Assembly (NCBI GenBank): GCA_963751845.1
Contig: CAVVWH010000015.1
Span: 10,578 to 74,577, forward strand
Reading direction: 5' to 3'
From: an uncultured Bacillaceae bacterium
Lineage (GTDB): Bacteria > Bacillota > Bacilli > Bacillales > DSM-1321
DNA: 64,000 nt
The notes beneath the pieces were generated by a model. That model did not search any database. It was not told the DNA's origin and saw only the letters and a list, made by a program, of their open reading frames with translations. Positions 1 to 10,642 of the stretch are shown piece by piece (the first letter of the stretch is position 1; each line of letters begins with the position of its first letter). A program made the position numbers and the translations under genes.

Positions 1-120
1 ATGATCAAATTCAAATTGTAAAAGCTTAAAATTCAGCAAAATTGCCTCCTGATTTCAGGAGGTATTTTTTGTTAAGAAAACGTAATTATTGTCTGAGTTT
101 GTAATATTTTGTCTAACAAT

Positions 121-164
121 TGTAATATTCCTGTGATATTAACGACAAAATTAATTCGTATAAT
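121..164 (+). promoter_or_regulatory. Putative WalR box and sigma-A -10 element
   Basis: TGTAAT-N5-TGTGAT at 121-137 is one mismatch from TGTWAH-N5-TGTWAH; TATAAT at 159-164; upstream of an autolysin gene. Confidence 0.5.
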
Positions 165-199
165 TAAACTTGTGAGTTTGAAACAGGAGGTGAGTTTGT

Positions 200-658
200 A
201 TGTGGAAGAAAATTTTCGTGGGTTTTATCTTAACAATTATTCTTAGTATCGTTATGAGTACGAATGAAGAAAAAGCTGAGGCAGCTTCCTATCATTCTAA
301 AGCAATATCTGCTGCTGAAAGTACTTTAGGCACTAAGTATAAATGGGGTGGCACTTCTCCAAGTACCGGTTTTGATTGTTCCGGTCTTGTAAAATATTCA
401 TTCGGTAAACAAGGAAAATCTTTACCACGAACAGCTGCTGCAATGTATAAAGAAGGGAAGAAGGTTAGTGAAGTTAGCTCATTACAAGAGGGTGACTTGC
501 TATTCTTTGCTCCAAGTAAAGCTTCGAAGCCTACTCATGTTGCCATTTATGTTGGAGATGATAAATTTATCCATTCGTCCTCTTCAAAAGGAGTTTCCTA
601 TGCAAAAACTAGTAATAGTTACTGGCAACCTAGATATATAGGGGCAAAACGTATTTAA
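200..658 (+). CDS. Secreted NlpC/P60 (C40) cell-wall endopeptidase
   Basis: Signal peptide ending AEA; YKWGG, FDCSG catalytic Cys and HVAIY motifs; AGGAGG RBS. Confidence 0.93.
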   Translation: MWKKIFVGFILTIILSIVMSTNEEKAEAASYHSKAISAAESTLGTKYKWGGTSPSTGFDCSGLVKYSFGKQGKSLPRTAAAMYKEGKKVSEVSSLQEGDLLFFAPSKASKPTHVAIYVGDDKFIHSSSSKGVSYAKTSNSYWQPRYIGAKRI

Positions 659-683
659 TAAAATACATAGAATAATGGATAAT

Positions 684-720
684 CGCGAAAGAGGCTAACC
701 GTTGGTTGGCCTCTTTCGCG
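684..720. terminator. Intrinsic terminator-like hairpin
   Basis: cgcgaaagaggc...gcctctttcgcg inverted repeat just after the stop codon. Confidence 0.7.
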
Positions 721-819
721 TTAGATAAGTCATATTTTAATAAAGTCAATAGAAAAGATAATTGTAGACTACTAGCTTATTTATTTTTTGTTTTATAATA
801 TTCTATAGAATAATAACCA

Positions 820-860
820 AGAACAAATGTTTGCATTTTTTCTATGGTGAATGGTATAAT
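820..860 (+). promoter_or_regulatory. LexA (SOS) box overlapping a sigma-A promoter
   Basis: AGAAC-AAAT-GTTTG at 820-833 overlaps TTGCAT (831-836); extended TG-n-TATAAT at 852-860. Confidence 0.7.
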
Positions 861-898
861 TAATGAAATATTAAAGTATATAAATTAGGAGAATTCAA

Positions 899-1525
899 TT
901 GAATGGTACAGCACATTTGACATTAGGCGCTGCAGCTGGATTTGCGGTTGCCTATTCCCTTCAATCAGATCCAACAACAACGATGATGTTTGTTGGACTT
1001 GGCGGAGTAGCAGGTTTATTCCCTGACATTGATAGTAACGGGAAATTGAGCAATAAGATTACAGTTTCTCATAAATTTGTACGTACGCTTATTCAAACGA
1101 TTGGGATACTGATCCTTCTTTTCAGCTATATCAAATATTTTGACATGACAAGATGGATTGGAATGGGCATAGGCATTATAGTCTTTTTTTTAGCTACCTC
1201 TATCACCCAAAGACTTATGCTCACGGTTACCGGCATCGCTGTAATAGCAGCAGGGATTTATTTCACTGAAATCTGGGCTTTATTATTAGGCATTTTTATC
1301 ACCATTGCCTCATTTATTCCTCATAGAAGTTATACGCATTCTATACTTGGCATCATTTTCTTCGGAGTCATTGCCTATCTATTTGAAGCGAGGGTTGGAA
1401 TTCATGGTATTTTTACAACATGTATGTTTGGATATATAAGCCATTTGATTGCAGATATGAAGGTGTTTCCCTTTAATAAGCGCGGAGTAAAATGGTTTTT
1501 GCCGTTTTCGAAGAAGGAATTTTAA
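899..1525 (+). CDS. YdjM-family metal-dependent membrane hydrolase
   Basis: MxGxxH start, PDID, HRSYTHS and SHLIAD motifs; several TM segments. Confidence 0.88.
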   Translation: MNGTAHLTLGAAAGFAVAYSLQSDPTTTMMFVGLGGVAGLFPDIDSNGKLSNKITVSHKFVRTLIQTIGILILLFSYIKYFDMTRWIGMGIGIIVFFLATSITQRLMLTVTGIAVIAAGIYFTEIWALLLGIFITIASFIPHRSYTHSILGIIFFGVIAYLFEARVGIHGIFTTCMFGYISHLIADMKVFPFNKRGVKWFLPFSKKEF

Positions 1526-1696
1526 TTGTCAGGCGATTCTTTATGAGGAATCGTCTTTTTTTAGGCGGAGATAAATTATACAGAAATTTAGGGGTATTTA
1601 GTTGATATATCTAAGATAACGGAAGCAAATTGGACACTACCTCATGAATGATTCATAATATATATATCATTGTCTTAAACAGGAGGAAATTTAGAA

Positions 1697-2299
1697 ATGT
1701 TAAGTAAGCAAATCAATCTACATATTAAAAAACTGATAGAGGAAACAGCTTCATCACAAATTGAATTACCTAGAGTAGAAAAGGAATATGCAGAGAAATA
1801 TTCATTGGTGGAAAGTAACATTGAAATCATAGAAATAGATGAGAATTCACGCTTTGTTGATGCCTATATCGAACGCTCAGACAAGGAATCAGAAGATTTA
1901 ATTGCTGTTGAAACATCAACTTTTCTTGAACAATCCATAGAATATCTCAAAAAAAACATACATGAATTTGTTTATATGGAGTCCGATTGGTTCGAAATTA
2001 TTGGAGTGGATTCCATTTGCTTAGAGGTTGATGATTTATTCGGAACGTATGAAGCATTGTTAGGGTTAAAGCTTCAGAAAAAATTTGATCAAACAATTAG
2101 AGACTACCTACGAGCAGAATTAAAAGGAGAGAAAGCTAAATTTGCTTTACTATTTAATTCTGATGATGGACTTTGGGATTTAAATCTATCTTTAAATGAT
2201 ATGGAAGGATTCCGTGGAGATCTTACTATTGGAGAGGCATATCAGCTCATTTATGAATTCTTATTTAAGTTAGTTGAATCCGTGGAAGTTGCGAAGTAA
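1697..2299 (+). CDS. Conserved acidic hypothetical protein
   Basis: 200-aa ORF with strong AGGAGG RBS; no catalytic motif recognised. Confidence 0.75.
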   Translation: MLSKQINLHIKKLIEETASSQIELPRVEKEYAEKYSLVESNIEIIEIDENSRFVDAYIERSDKESEDLIAVETSTFLEQSIEYLKKNIHEFVYMESDWFEIIGVDSICLEVDDLFGTYEALLGLKLQKKFDQTIRDYLRAELKGEKAKFALLFNSDDGLWDLNLSLNDMEGFRGDLTIGEAYQLIYEFLFKLVESVEVAK

Positions 2300-2376
2300 G
2301 TTTGCATCTGCAAAATGGGTACCTAGCGCTTTTTGAATTGTCTGCGCTAGGCACCCATATCATATCGGACAGGTTT

Positions 2377-3117
2377 CTAATTTTTCGCTGTAGGATCAAT
2401 GCCTTTACTTGCAAGATAGTTTTTTATTGTTTTGTTAATAATCTTTAATACTTTTACTCTTGCATACCATTTATAATTGGCCTCAATTAAGTGCCATGGA
2501 GCATACTCTGTATCCGTTTTTTTAAACATCTCTTCAGCAGCCTTTTCGTATGCCTCCCATTGTTCTCGATTACGCCAATCTTCCGGTGTGATTTTCCATT
2601 GTTTAAAGGGATCTTCCATGCGTTCGGTAAAGCGTTGTAATTGCTCATCTTTGGAAATATGTAGCCAAAATTTGATAATAATATAATCATCATCAGTAAG
2701 TAATTTTTCAAATTGATTTAACTCACCATACGCACGTTTCCACTCATCTCGAGTTGCAAAGCCTTCGACTCGTTCAACTAAAACTCTTCCATACCAAGAA
2801 CGATCAAAGATACCTATTTTACCTTTGAAGGGTAATCGTTCCCAAAATCTATGTAAATAATGATGACGTTTTTCATGAGGTGCGGGTGCTGAAATTGCAT
2901 GTACCTCATAAACGCGTGGATCAATCTTCTCAATCGCTCGTTTGATGGCACCACCTTTTCCAGCTGCATCCCAACCTTCAAAAACAAGAAGACATGGAAT
3001 TCCGACAAAGTTAAGCTGCATAGATAAATTTAGAAATTCAAGCTGTTGTTTTTTTAATTCTTCTTTATATTCTTCTTTCCGATCAAATTTTTTGGTTAAA
3101 TCGAGTGATTCCAGCAT
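2377..3117 (-). CDS. ppk2: Polyphosphate kinase 2 family protein (single domain)
   Basis: FEGWDAAGKGG Walker A, FDRSWYGRVLVERV, KFWLHIS motifs. Confidence 0.93.
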   Translation of the reverse strand: MLESLDLTKKFDRKEEYKEELKKQQLEFLNLSMQLNFVGIPCLLVFEGWDAAGKGGAIKRAIEKIDPRVYEVHAISAPAPHEKRHHYLHRFWERLPFKGKIGIFDRSWYGRVLVERVEGFATRDEWKRAYGELNQFEKLLTDDDYIIIKFWLHISKDEQLQRFTERMEDPFKQWKITPEDWRNREQWEAYEKAAEEMFKKTDTEYAPWHLIEANYKWYARVKVLKIINKTIKNYLASKGIDPTAKN

Positions 3118-3384
3118 GATTACACCTTTTTCTGTTGATTTTGATAACTATTACTATTTTACCATTTTTAACTCAGGTATGTTGAAAACAGTTTCATATT
3201 ATTCAAACAAAAAATCTACAATGTTAGACCTAACAATAAAGTACTAAGAAATAATGTAAAACTCCTTAAAATGTCATAATCGCATGATATATGTCGCGTT
3301 TTATCATTTTAAGTCGAATTTATGAATAAATCCATGTATAATAGAGAATTGCAAGATGATTGATTTAGTGAGGGAGGGAATAGA

Positions 3385-3768
3385 ATGATGGGATGGGCGT
3401 TAGCCATTTTACTTGGAGTAGCCATTTTGTTGCTCATTGTGTCGTTTTTTAAAACGAAGGAAACATCCAAAGTGGAGCAACAAATTGAAGAGATTTCCTT
3501 ATCATTTACGGATAAAGTGCATCAGCTACAACAACAGATTCGAAACATTGAGCTAGATGCTGAGATTACAGCGCAGGAAGTTGGTATACTAGCAGCGTCA
3601 TCTACACACCGAATTTTATTACGTGATGTGATTGACTTACATAGACGCGGCTACTCTTTTGAAAGCATTGCCTTAAAAAAACAGATGACTCCGAATGAGA
3701 TTGAACAATTACTTGCTCCTTATATGAAAAATAAGGATGAAAGGAGTATGGTTGCTCATGAAAGCTAA
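3385..3768 (+). CDS. YqzD-like membrane-anchored protein
   Basis: N-terminal TM, coiled coil, C-terminal HTH-like end; paired with a YqzC-like gene. Confidence 0.6.
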   Translation: MMGWALAILLGVAILLLIVSFFKTKETSKVEQQIEEISLSFTDKVHQLQQQIRNIELDAEITAQEVGILAASSTHRILLRDVIDLHRRGYSFESIALKKQMTPNEIEQLLAPYMKNKDERSMVAHES

Positions 3769-4216
3769 TTCCATGCGTAGCTTTGCCGGAGGACTCATTG
3801 TTGCAGCTGCTGTGTGTGGTGCCGTATACTTCTTTGGTCCAAGTGAAGCAACGAGTACACAGACGGCGAATGAACCATCAGTAGTCGAGATGAAAAGCAT
3901 GCTAGGAGATCAAGGCTATGTCGTGCATACAGAGAAAGAGTGGAATGAAAAGCTTGCTGCTGAGGAGCCAGTGACTGATGATTCAAAAAATAAAACAGAA
4001 CAAAAGATTGTTTATCGTACAGTGATATCAGTCACCTCAGGTATGACAAGTATTGATGTGGGTAAAGCACTTGTGCAGGCTAAAATCATTAATAGTGGAA
4101 TCAATTTTTATAAAGCAGTTGAAAAAAAAGGCGTGTCAAATTCATTACGTCCTGGTATGTATGAAGTAGATAGTAATATGACGAGAGACGAAATGATTAC
4201 TGCTATCTTTAAATAA
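3758..4216 (+). CDS. YqzC-like protein (YceG/MltG-type small domain)
   Basis: FAGGLI TM start, GMTSxDV and LRPGxY motifs; start placed at ATG 3758 after AAGGAG. Confidence 0.7.
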   Translation: MKANSMRSFAGGLIVAAAVCGAVYFFGPSEATSTQTANEPSVVEMKSMLGDQGYVVHTEKEWNEKLAAEEPVTDDSKNKTEQKIVYRTVISVTSGMTSIDVGKALVQAKIINSGINFYKAVEKKGVSNSLRPGMYEVDSNMTRDEMITAIFK

Positions 4217-4378
4217 TCATATTTGGAATGACTGACTATAGATAGCTGTCTAAACATATTGTATATAAATGATATGTTTATACAGCTATTTTTTTATGTT
4301 TTTGGATAGCTATTTTGCTATAATACTATTCAGAAGACTTAAATAAACAGAATACTCATTTTTAAAGGAGATATTTAT

Positions 4379-5548
4379 ATGAAAATTGTTCCATCGGAAA
4401 AGGTTGGAAAATTAGCGACGGGAATATTTATGGAATTAGCCAATAAAAAACAGGAAGTCATGAAACAAGGAATAGATGTTATTGATTTAAGTGTAGGCAG
4501 TCCGGATTTGCCTCCACCATCTTTTGTCATCGATACTCTAATTCAGTATGCAAAGGATCCTTCTAAATATGGTTACACATTAAAGGGCACACCTGAGTTT
4601 CATAATGCCGTATGTTATTTTTATAAAAATCGCTATGGTGTGGATCTTGATCCAAATAAAGAAGTTCTTCAATTAATGGGTTCTCAGGATGGCCTTGCGC
4701 ATTTAGCGACTGCTATTATTAATCCTGGTGACTATGTATTAGTACCTGACCCAGGTTATCCAATTTATGAAGCTAGTGTTACACTCGCTGGAGGAAAAAT
4801 TTATCCTATGCCTTTAAAGGCGGAAAATAAATTTTTGCCACAACTTGATTCAATTCCGCTAGAAATATTGAAGAACACGAAAATGATGATAATTAGTTAT
4901 CCAGGTAACCCTGTAACCGCATTAGCAGATGAAACGTTTTTTAAGAAGGTTATTGAGTTTGCAAAGGCGCATAATATATTAGTAGTGCATGATTTTGCTT
5001 ATTCTGAATTAATTTTTGACAAACATCCACAAATAAGTTTTATGTCTATTCCGGGAGCAAAAGAAGTCGGAATTGAGTTCAATTCGCTTTCTAAAACTTT
5101 CAATATGGCAGGCTGTAGAATAGGGTATGTAGTTGGAAATGTCGAAGTTTTGCAGATTTTAGGCACATTAAAATCGCAAATTGATTATGGAACATTTTAT
5201 CCAATTCTTAAAGCTGCCGAAAAGGCTCTTACAGAAGATGCTTCTCTTCTTGCAGAACAGGTAAAAGAATACGAGGCAAGACGTGACGCTTTACTAACTG
5301 GACTTGAAGAAGGAGGCTGGAAAGTTCCGAAATCCTCTGCTACGATGTTTGTATGGGCTCGAATTCCTGATGGGTGGAAGTCACGAGATTTTTCCTTTGA
5401 ATTATTGGAGAAAGCAGGGGTAGCGGTCGTACCTGGTGATGCTTTTGGAAAAGAAGGTGAGGGCTATGTTCGCATGGCTTTAGTTCAACCTCCAGAAAAA
5501 CTTGCAGAAGCAGCTAATCGGATTAGGTTATTTTTACAAGCAAAATAA
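4379..5548 (+). CDS. Class I/II PLP aminotransferase (MtnE/LL-DAP aminotransferase-like)
   Basis: YPGNP, HDFAY and SLSKTFNMAGCRIG PLP-lysine motif. Confidence 0.9.
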   Translation: MKIVPSEKVGKLATGIFMELANKKQEVMKQGIDVIDLSVGSPDLPPPSFVIDTLIQYAKDPSKYGYTLKGTPEFHNAVCYFYKNRYGVDLDPNKEVLQLMGSQDGLAHLATAIINPGDYVLVPDPGYPIYEASVTLAGGKIYPMPLKAENKFLPQLDSIPLEILKNTKMMIISYPGNPVTALADETFFKKVIEFAKAHNILVVHDFAYSELIFDKHPQISFMSIPGAKEVGIEFNSLSKTFNMAGCRIGYVVGNVEVLQILGTLKSQIDYGTFYPILKAAEKALTEDASLLAEQVKEYEARRDALLTGLEEGGWKVPKSSATMFVWARIPDGWKSRDFSFELLEKAGVAVVPGDAFGKEGEGYVRMALVQPPEKLAEAANRIRLFLQAK

Positions 5549-5697
5549 TGATTAGAACATATTTTATAATAAGACTAGTTATTATTCTATTATAATTCAG
5601 AGGGTCACTCTTCCGAGAGATGAGTGGCCTGATTGTCGAATAAGTCGAAAATAAGTTTATTTGATGTCAAAATTTGTTAATCGAAAATATTTGAAAA

Positions 5698-5711
5698 TGT
5701 AAGCGTTTTCT
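5698..5711 (+). promoter_or_regulatory. Putative cre (CcpA) site
   Basis: TGTAAGCGTTTTCT is close to TGWAARCGYTWNCA. Confidence 0.55.
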
Positions 5712-5897
5712 AATATGATAAATATAGGCGGATGACATGCGTGGTCATCGACGTATTTGGCGTAGGTGGGGCCAATACAAATTTTTTGTAATGAGGATGC
5801 AACATATATTTACAGAAAATTAATGAATTATTAAACTCGAATGTATTATAGAAAATTCCTAGGACAATTATAATAAAATAGTAGGGAGGTAGATTTT

Positions 5898-6023
5898 ATG
5901 TCTGATGAAAAAAAGTTAAAAATATCGGATTTTATCCATGATGATCAATTTGAATTAAATTCATATCTTATTCAATTGTTTAATTATTTTAACCATAAGC
6001 ATACTTATCAAGCTAGTCACTAG
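5898..6023 (+). CDS. Small 41-aa protein absent from the ORF track (MSDEKKLKISDFIHDDQFELNSYLIQLFNYFNHKHTYQASH)
   Basis: GGGAGGT RBS 7 nt upstream, TATAAT upstream, hairpin downstream. Confidence 0.55.
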   Translation: MSDEKKLKISDFIHDDQFELNSYLIQLFNYFNHKHTYQASH

Positions 6024-6131
6024 CCTTATAAATATTGTAAAATACTAGTAACAAAGTTGACTCAAGAATGTAGTCAGCTTTGTTGGTGCGATTAGCATTT
6101 TATTTAATGTGACTTCTACTATTTTATCCCC

Positions 6132-6320
6132 TTATAAGGACTTTTCTCTCATTTCTTGTCGTTTACAACCTCTTAACAGCTTATTCATTTTTTCTTTATA
6201 TTCCATCCTTTTTTGATATTTATTGAAACTTTGCTCCAAGGAGAATACTAGATTGAAAAAGACAAAAAAGATTATAGCCAATCCAAATATCAGTTTAAAC
6301 ATATGTTGATTTTGCTCCAT
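6132..6320 (-). CDS. Small single-TM protein
   Basis: AGGAG RBS, hydrophobic segment then basic tail. Confidence 0.6.
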   Translation of the reverse strand: MEQNQHMFKLIFGLAIIFFVFFNLVFSLEQSFNKYQKRMEYKEKMNKLLRGCKRQEMREKSL

Positions 6321-6587
6321 GATTCGCTCCTATTTTAAGACTAACTACTTTTATTTTAACAAAATTGTGAGTTTAGTACTATTGCAGAATATTAGAAATC
6401 ATCCATTGATTATGAAGAAGGATAAACGGATGAGAAATCAAACTTTTATCAATTCTTATTCTACTATTAACTACTTATCTATAGTCTATTTTCCTATGAA
6501 TGAAGAATGATCTTCAATCATAATAAGCACAATGTAACTTGTACTCATATCGTTATACATCTAGAGTATGGGATGGGTGATAAAACA

Positions 6588-8672
6588 ATGGGCAGACTAG
6601 AAAATAGACAACAGCGAAAACGGTCTAATCGTATATTGAGTAGACTAATAAGTAAAATCAGCATGGGCAAAATACTAGTTGCAGGTATAGCCATTGCTTT
6701 AAGTGGTTTACTAATCCTAAATATTCTAATATGGACAAGCGATATAAGTAAACTAGACAAACCAGCTCCACAGCCTACCATTATTTATGATCAAAATGGT
6801 GAGATTGCAAGCAAAATCTCCTCTTCAAATATAGAAGGGGTAAGTATAGATCAAATTCCAGATGATATGATACATGCTGTGATTGCCACAGAGGATCAGC
6901 GGTTTTATAAGCATCATGGTATCAATTACTTCGGGATTATGAAGGCATTTTTTCAGAACTTAACCAGTGGTGATATTGTGGCAGGGGGCAGTACGATCAC
7001 ACAGCAGTTAGCTAAAAATGTATTTTTGACACAAGATCGTACTTATTCTCGTAAGTTTAAGGAATTGATTTTAACTAAAAAAATAGAACGAACCTATTCT
7101 AAGGATGAAATTTTAGAACGCTATCTAAATCAAATTTATTTTGGTGAAGGCGCATGGGGAATTCAGCGTGCTGCTCAAATATATTTTGGTAAAGATGTAA
7201 GTGAATTAACATTAAGTGAGTCAGCAATACTGGCAGGGTTAATAAAAGCTCCTTCGAATCTCTCGCCTGTTAAGAATTTTGAAAAATCAATGGAAAGGCG
7301 AGATATTGTTTTATCATTAATGAAAAATGAGGGGTATATTAGTCAATCTGATGAAGAACAAGCAAAAAAACAAACGATCGTATTGAAAGGAAATAAGGTA
7401 GACGATTACAAAGGAAAGTACCCCTATTATGTTGATCATATAATGAACGAAGCAATAAAAGAGTATCATCTTACGGAAAATGAGATTCTTTCGGGTGGAC
7501 TTCAAATTTATACGGAATTAAATCCTACTATACAAACAGCTGTTGAACATGCCTATAAGGATGACAATTTGTTTCCGAAAAGCCAGTCAGATCAATTGCT
7601 TCAAAGTGGGGCAATTTTTATCAATCCTTCAACAGGGGGAATTAGTGCACTTGTCGGTGGAAGAGGAGAGCATACTTTTCGAGGGTTTAATCATGCGACA
7701 CAATTGCAACGGCAACCTGGCTCAACGATGAAGCCTTTAGCTGCGTATACACCGGCATTAGAGCAAGGCTATGATACTTTTGATCTGTTAGAGGATCAAC
7801 CTATCAATATAGGTGGCTATCAACCTCAGAATTATGACAGACAGTTCCATGGTCAGATGACAATGTATGATGCTGTTATCCACTCCTATAATATTCCACC
7901 TGTGTGGGTATTAAATAAGATAGGAGTACAGTATGGAGTAAATGCAGTAGAGCGATTCGGTATTCCATTAGATGCAAAGGATCAAAATCTTGGATTAGCT
8001 CTTGGTGGGATGGACAAGGGGACATCCCCTTTACAAATGGCTCAAGCGTTTTCCGCATTTCCTAATAACGGTGAAATGATTGAGGCACATTCTATTCAAA
8101 AAATAGAAGATGCAAATGGGGAATTGCTTGGAAAATGGAATAAAAAAGTAACTAAAGTAACAGATCCAAAAATTGCGCAGAAAATGACTTATATGCTTAA
8201 GGGAGTAGTAAAAGAGGGAACTGGTGTAAAAGCTCAGGTGAACGATTGGGATATTGCTGGAAAAACAGGGACAACCGAGCTTCCTTTTGCAAGTAATGGG
8301 GGTGCGAAGGATCATTGGTTTGTCGGTTACACCTCACAATTAGTAGGAGCTGTATGGTTAGGTTACGATAAAACAGACGAAGAGCATTATCTTACTGGAT
8401 CCAGCGGAGGGACTGCTACCATTATATTCAAGCAAATATTATCTCAATTAGAAAATGAGGGAGCACCTAAACCTTTTGACCTTTCAATGATTGAAAAAAA
8501 GTATAAACATGAAATGCATTTGAAAACACAAAGGGAAGAAAAAGCTAAAAAAGATGCGGCGAAATTAGAGAAACAAAAAATGAAGCATCAGCAAAAAGGA
8601 GAAAATAAACAGAAACAACACAAAAATAAAAAGGAAAAGAAAGAGAAAAAGCATGGTAAGAAAAATGAGTGA
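6588..8672 (+). CDS. Class A penicillin-binding protein (transglycosylase/transpeptidase)
   Basis: EDQRFYKHHG, GGSTITQQLAKN, STMK, SYN and KTGT motifs; start probably ATG 6588; Lys-rich C-terminal tail. Confidence 0.95.
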   Translation: MGRLENRQQRKRSNRILSRLISKISMGKILVAGIAIALSGLLILNILIWTSDISKLDKPAPQPTIIYDQNGEIASKISSSNIEGVSIDQIPDDMIHAVIATEDQRFYKHHGINYFGIMKAFFQNLTSGDIVAGGSTITQQLAKNVFLTQDRTYSRKFKELILTKKIERTYSKDEILERYLNQIYFGEGAWGIQRAAQIYFGKDVSELTLSESAILAGLIKAPSNLSPVKNFEKSMERRDIVLSLMKNEGYISQSDEEQAKKQTIVLKGNKVDDYKGKYPYYVDHIMNEAIKEYHLTENEILSGGLQIYTELNPTIQTAVEHAYKDDNLFPKSQSDQLLQSGAIFINPSTGGISALVGGRGEHTFRGFNHATQLQRQPGSTMKPLAAYTPALEQGYDTFDLLEDQPINIGGYQPQNYDRQFHGQMTMYDAVIHSYNIPPVWVLNKIGVQYGVNAVERFGIPLDAKDQNLGLALGGMDKGTSPLQMAQAFSAFPNNGEMIEAHSIQKIEDANGELLGKWNKKVTKVTDPKIAQKMTYMLKGVVKEGTGVKAQVNDWDIAGKTGTTELPFASNGGAKDHWFVGYTSQLVGAVWLGYDKTDEEHYLTGSSGGTATIIFKQILSQLENEGAPKPFDLSMIEKKYKHEMHLKTQREEKAKKDAAKLEKQKMKHQQKGENKQKQHKNKKEKKEKKHGKKNE

Positions 8673-8846
8673 GAAGGGATACAACATGAAATTTGCAAGT
8701 TCGTGTTAAAGCTAGTCAATAATGCTATACAGCTTAAATAAAGTGGAGAAAATGCCAAATCACAATATATATGATTTGGCATTTTCATTTACACAATAAA
8801 TAACAATAGAATAAGCATTGAGTTATTTTAACGGATTCATTTGTAA

Positions 8847-8917
8847 GACGCTTGAGGCTATCTAAATAAGCTCAAGCGTCATTCGGCTATCTGAATATGC
8901 CTTGCATTCAGACAACC
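8847..8917. terminator. Two hairpins between convergent genes
   Basis: gacgcttgag...ctcaagcgtc followed by tctgaat...attcaga. Confidence 0.5.
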
Positions 8918-9040
8918 ACAAGTAATTACTAGCTAGCCAAATCATATGCGATTTGGTCTGCAACTTAATAATTTTTGTTATGTTTCTCCACTAAACGGAA
9001 CTACTTATGTTACAACTCATACTGTGATTTATAAATTCGA

Positions 9041-10642
9041 CTATCCTATTTCAATTTGTCGTTGGACATCACGAAGAATATTTTCTAAAGAAATGACGAC
9101 GCCTTTCTCATCTTTATACATGATATGTTTTGGTTGAAATTGAGTGGGCGATTCTATGCCTGCAGCTGCAGAAAGTCGAAATAAACCTTTTCGTAGGGTT
9201 ACTAGAAAATTGACAACTCGATATTTCTTTTCATCAATCACTAAAGCCTGTTGCAACTCTGGATCAGTTGTTGCTACTCCAACAGGACAGGCATTTGATT
9301 GACACTTTAATGTTTGAATACACCCTACGGTAATCATAAATCCGCGTGCAATATTCACCAAATCGGCTCCCATGGACAAGGCAATGGCTATCCGGTCAGG
9401 GGTAAATAGCTTACCAGAAGCAATGATTTTAACTCTGTCCCGTACCCCATACTTTTGTAGAGTTCCTACGACAATTGGTAGGGCGGACTTAATAGGTAAT
9501 CCTACGCTATCAATAAGTTCTTGATACGATGCACCCGTGCCACCTTCTCCACCATCAACAGTAATGAAGTCAGGACCTTTTCCTGTTTCCTTCATATATT
9601 TAGCTAGTTCCTCCAAACTGTCATTACCACCGACAACAATCTTTAGTCCAACTGGTTTTCCTGTATGTTCGCGGATTTTTTCAATGAAATCAAACATAGC
9701 TGGTACATTACTATACTTCTCAAAACGATTTGGGCTATCAATTGATTTGTAGGGCTCTACTCTACGAATTTCCGCAATTTCTGGGGTTACTTTTTCCCCA
9801 TCAATATGACCACCACGTGTTTTGGCACCTTGTGCTAGTTTAACTTCAAATGCCTTAATTTGTGGAATTTCACTTTTTCTTTTTAATTCGTCCCAATCCA
9901 TCTCTCCATTTTTATCCCGTACCCCAAACATGGCTGGACCTATTTGCATGATAATATCTACTCCACCTTTTAAATGGTGGGGTGAGAGTCCGCCTTCTCC
10001 GGTGTTCATCCAAGTACCCTTAGATAATCCTAATCCTTCCGATAATGCAGTAATGGCATGGTCTCCTAAAGATCCAAAACTCATCGCTGACATACCAATG
10101 AGACCTTTTAATTTAAACGGATATTTTGTATTTGGACCGATAATAACTGAATGATCATCATGCAATAAATAGGCGAGTGATTCGTTATTTTCCCATTTTT
10201 CGACCCTTTGTAAAAAAAGAGGATCTTTTTGCAAAATATATCGTTTAGTCGATACTTTAGTTTCTCGATCCATTTTAATTTCCTCTGATAGTTTGGGGAA
10301 CATATCATTGCGAACAAAGAATCCTTCCTCGTCGAAATCCCGTTTCGAGCCAAAACCGATAACATCCCGCATATATTTTGCATTTTTGATAATATGCTCA
10401 TAATCATCTCGTGAAAAGGGTTTTCCTTCATTATCACTATTAAACCAATATTGTCTCATTTCTGGACCAATTTTTTCAAAAAAATAACGAATTCTGCCTA
10501 GGACGGGATAATTTCTTAATATGGCATGTCGTTTCTGGTTTCGGTCAATCATTAACAAGGTTAGCCACAGAATAGCAAAGCCAATGATAAGTACGGCAAT
10601 AAAAGTGAATACGATGATGATAAGCAGATTGGAGATATGCAT
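9041..10642 (-). CDS. yerD: FMN-binding glutamate synthase family protein (YerD-like)
   Basis: SAMSFGSL, NTGEGG, KLAQGAK, DGGEGGTGA and CIQ..C.SN.CP.G cluster motifs; N-terminal TM. Confidence 0.88.
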   Translation of the reverse strand: MHISNLLIIIVFTFIAVLIIGFAILWLTLLMIDRNQKRHAILRNYPVLGRIRYFFEKIGPEMRQYWFNSDNEGKPFSRDDYEHIIKNAKYMRDVIGFGSKRDFDEEGFFVRNDMFPKLSEEIKMDRETKVSTKRYILQKDPLFLQRVEKWENNESLAYLLHDDHSVIIGPNTKYPFKLKGLIGMSAMSFGSLGDHAITALSEGLGLSKGTWMNTGEGGLSPHHLKGGVDIIMQIGPAMFGVRDKNGEMDWDELKRKSEIPQIKAFEVKLAQGAKTRGGHIDGEKVTPEIAEIRRVEPYKSIDSPNRFEKYSNVPAMFDFIEKIREHTGKPVGLKIVVGGNDSLEELAKYMKETGKGPDFITVDGGEGGTGASYQELIDSVGLPIKSALPIVVGTLQKYGVRDRVKIIASGKLFTPDRIAIALSMGADLVNIARGFMITVGCIQTLKCQSNACPVGVATTDPELQQALVIDEKKYRVVNFLVTLRKGLFRLSAAAGIESPTQFQPKHIMYKDEKGVVISLENILRDVQRQIEIG

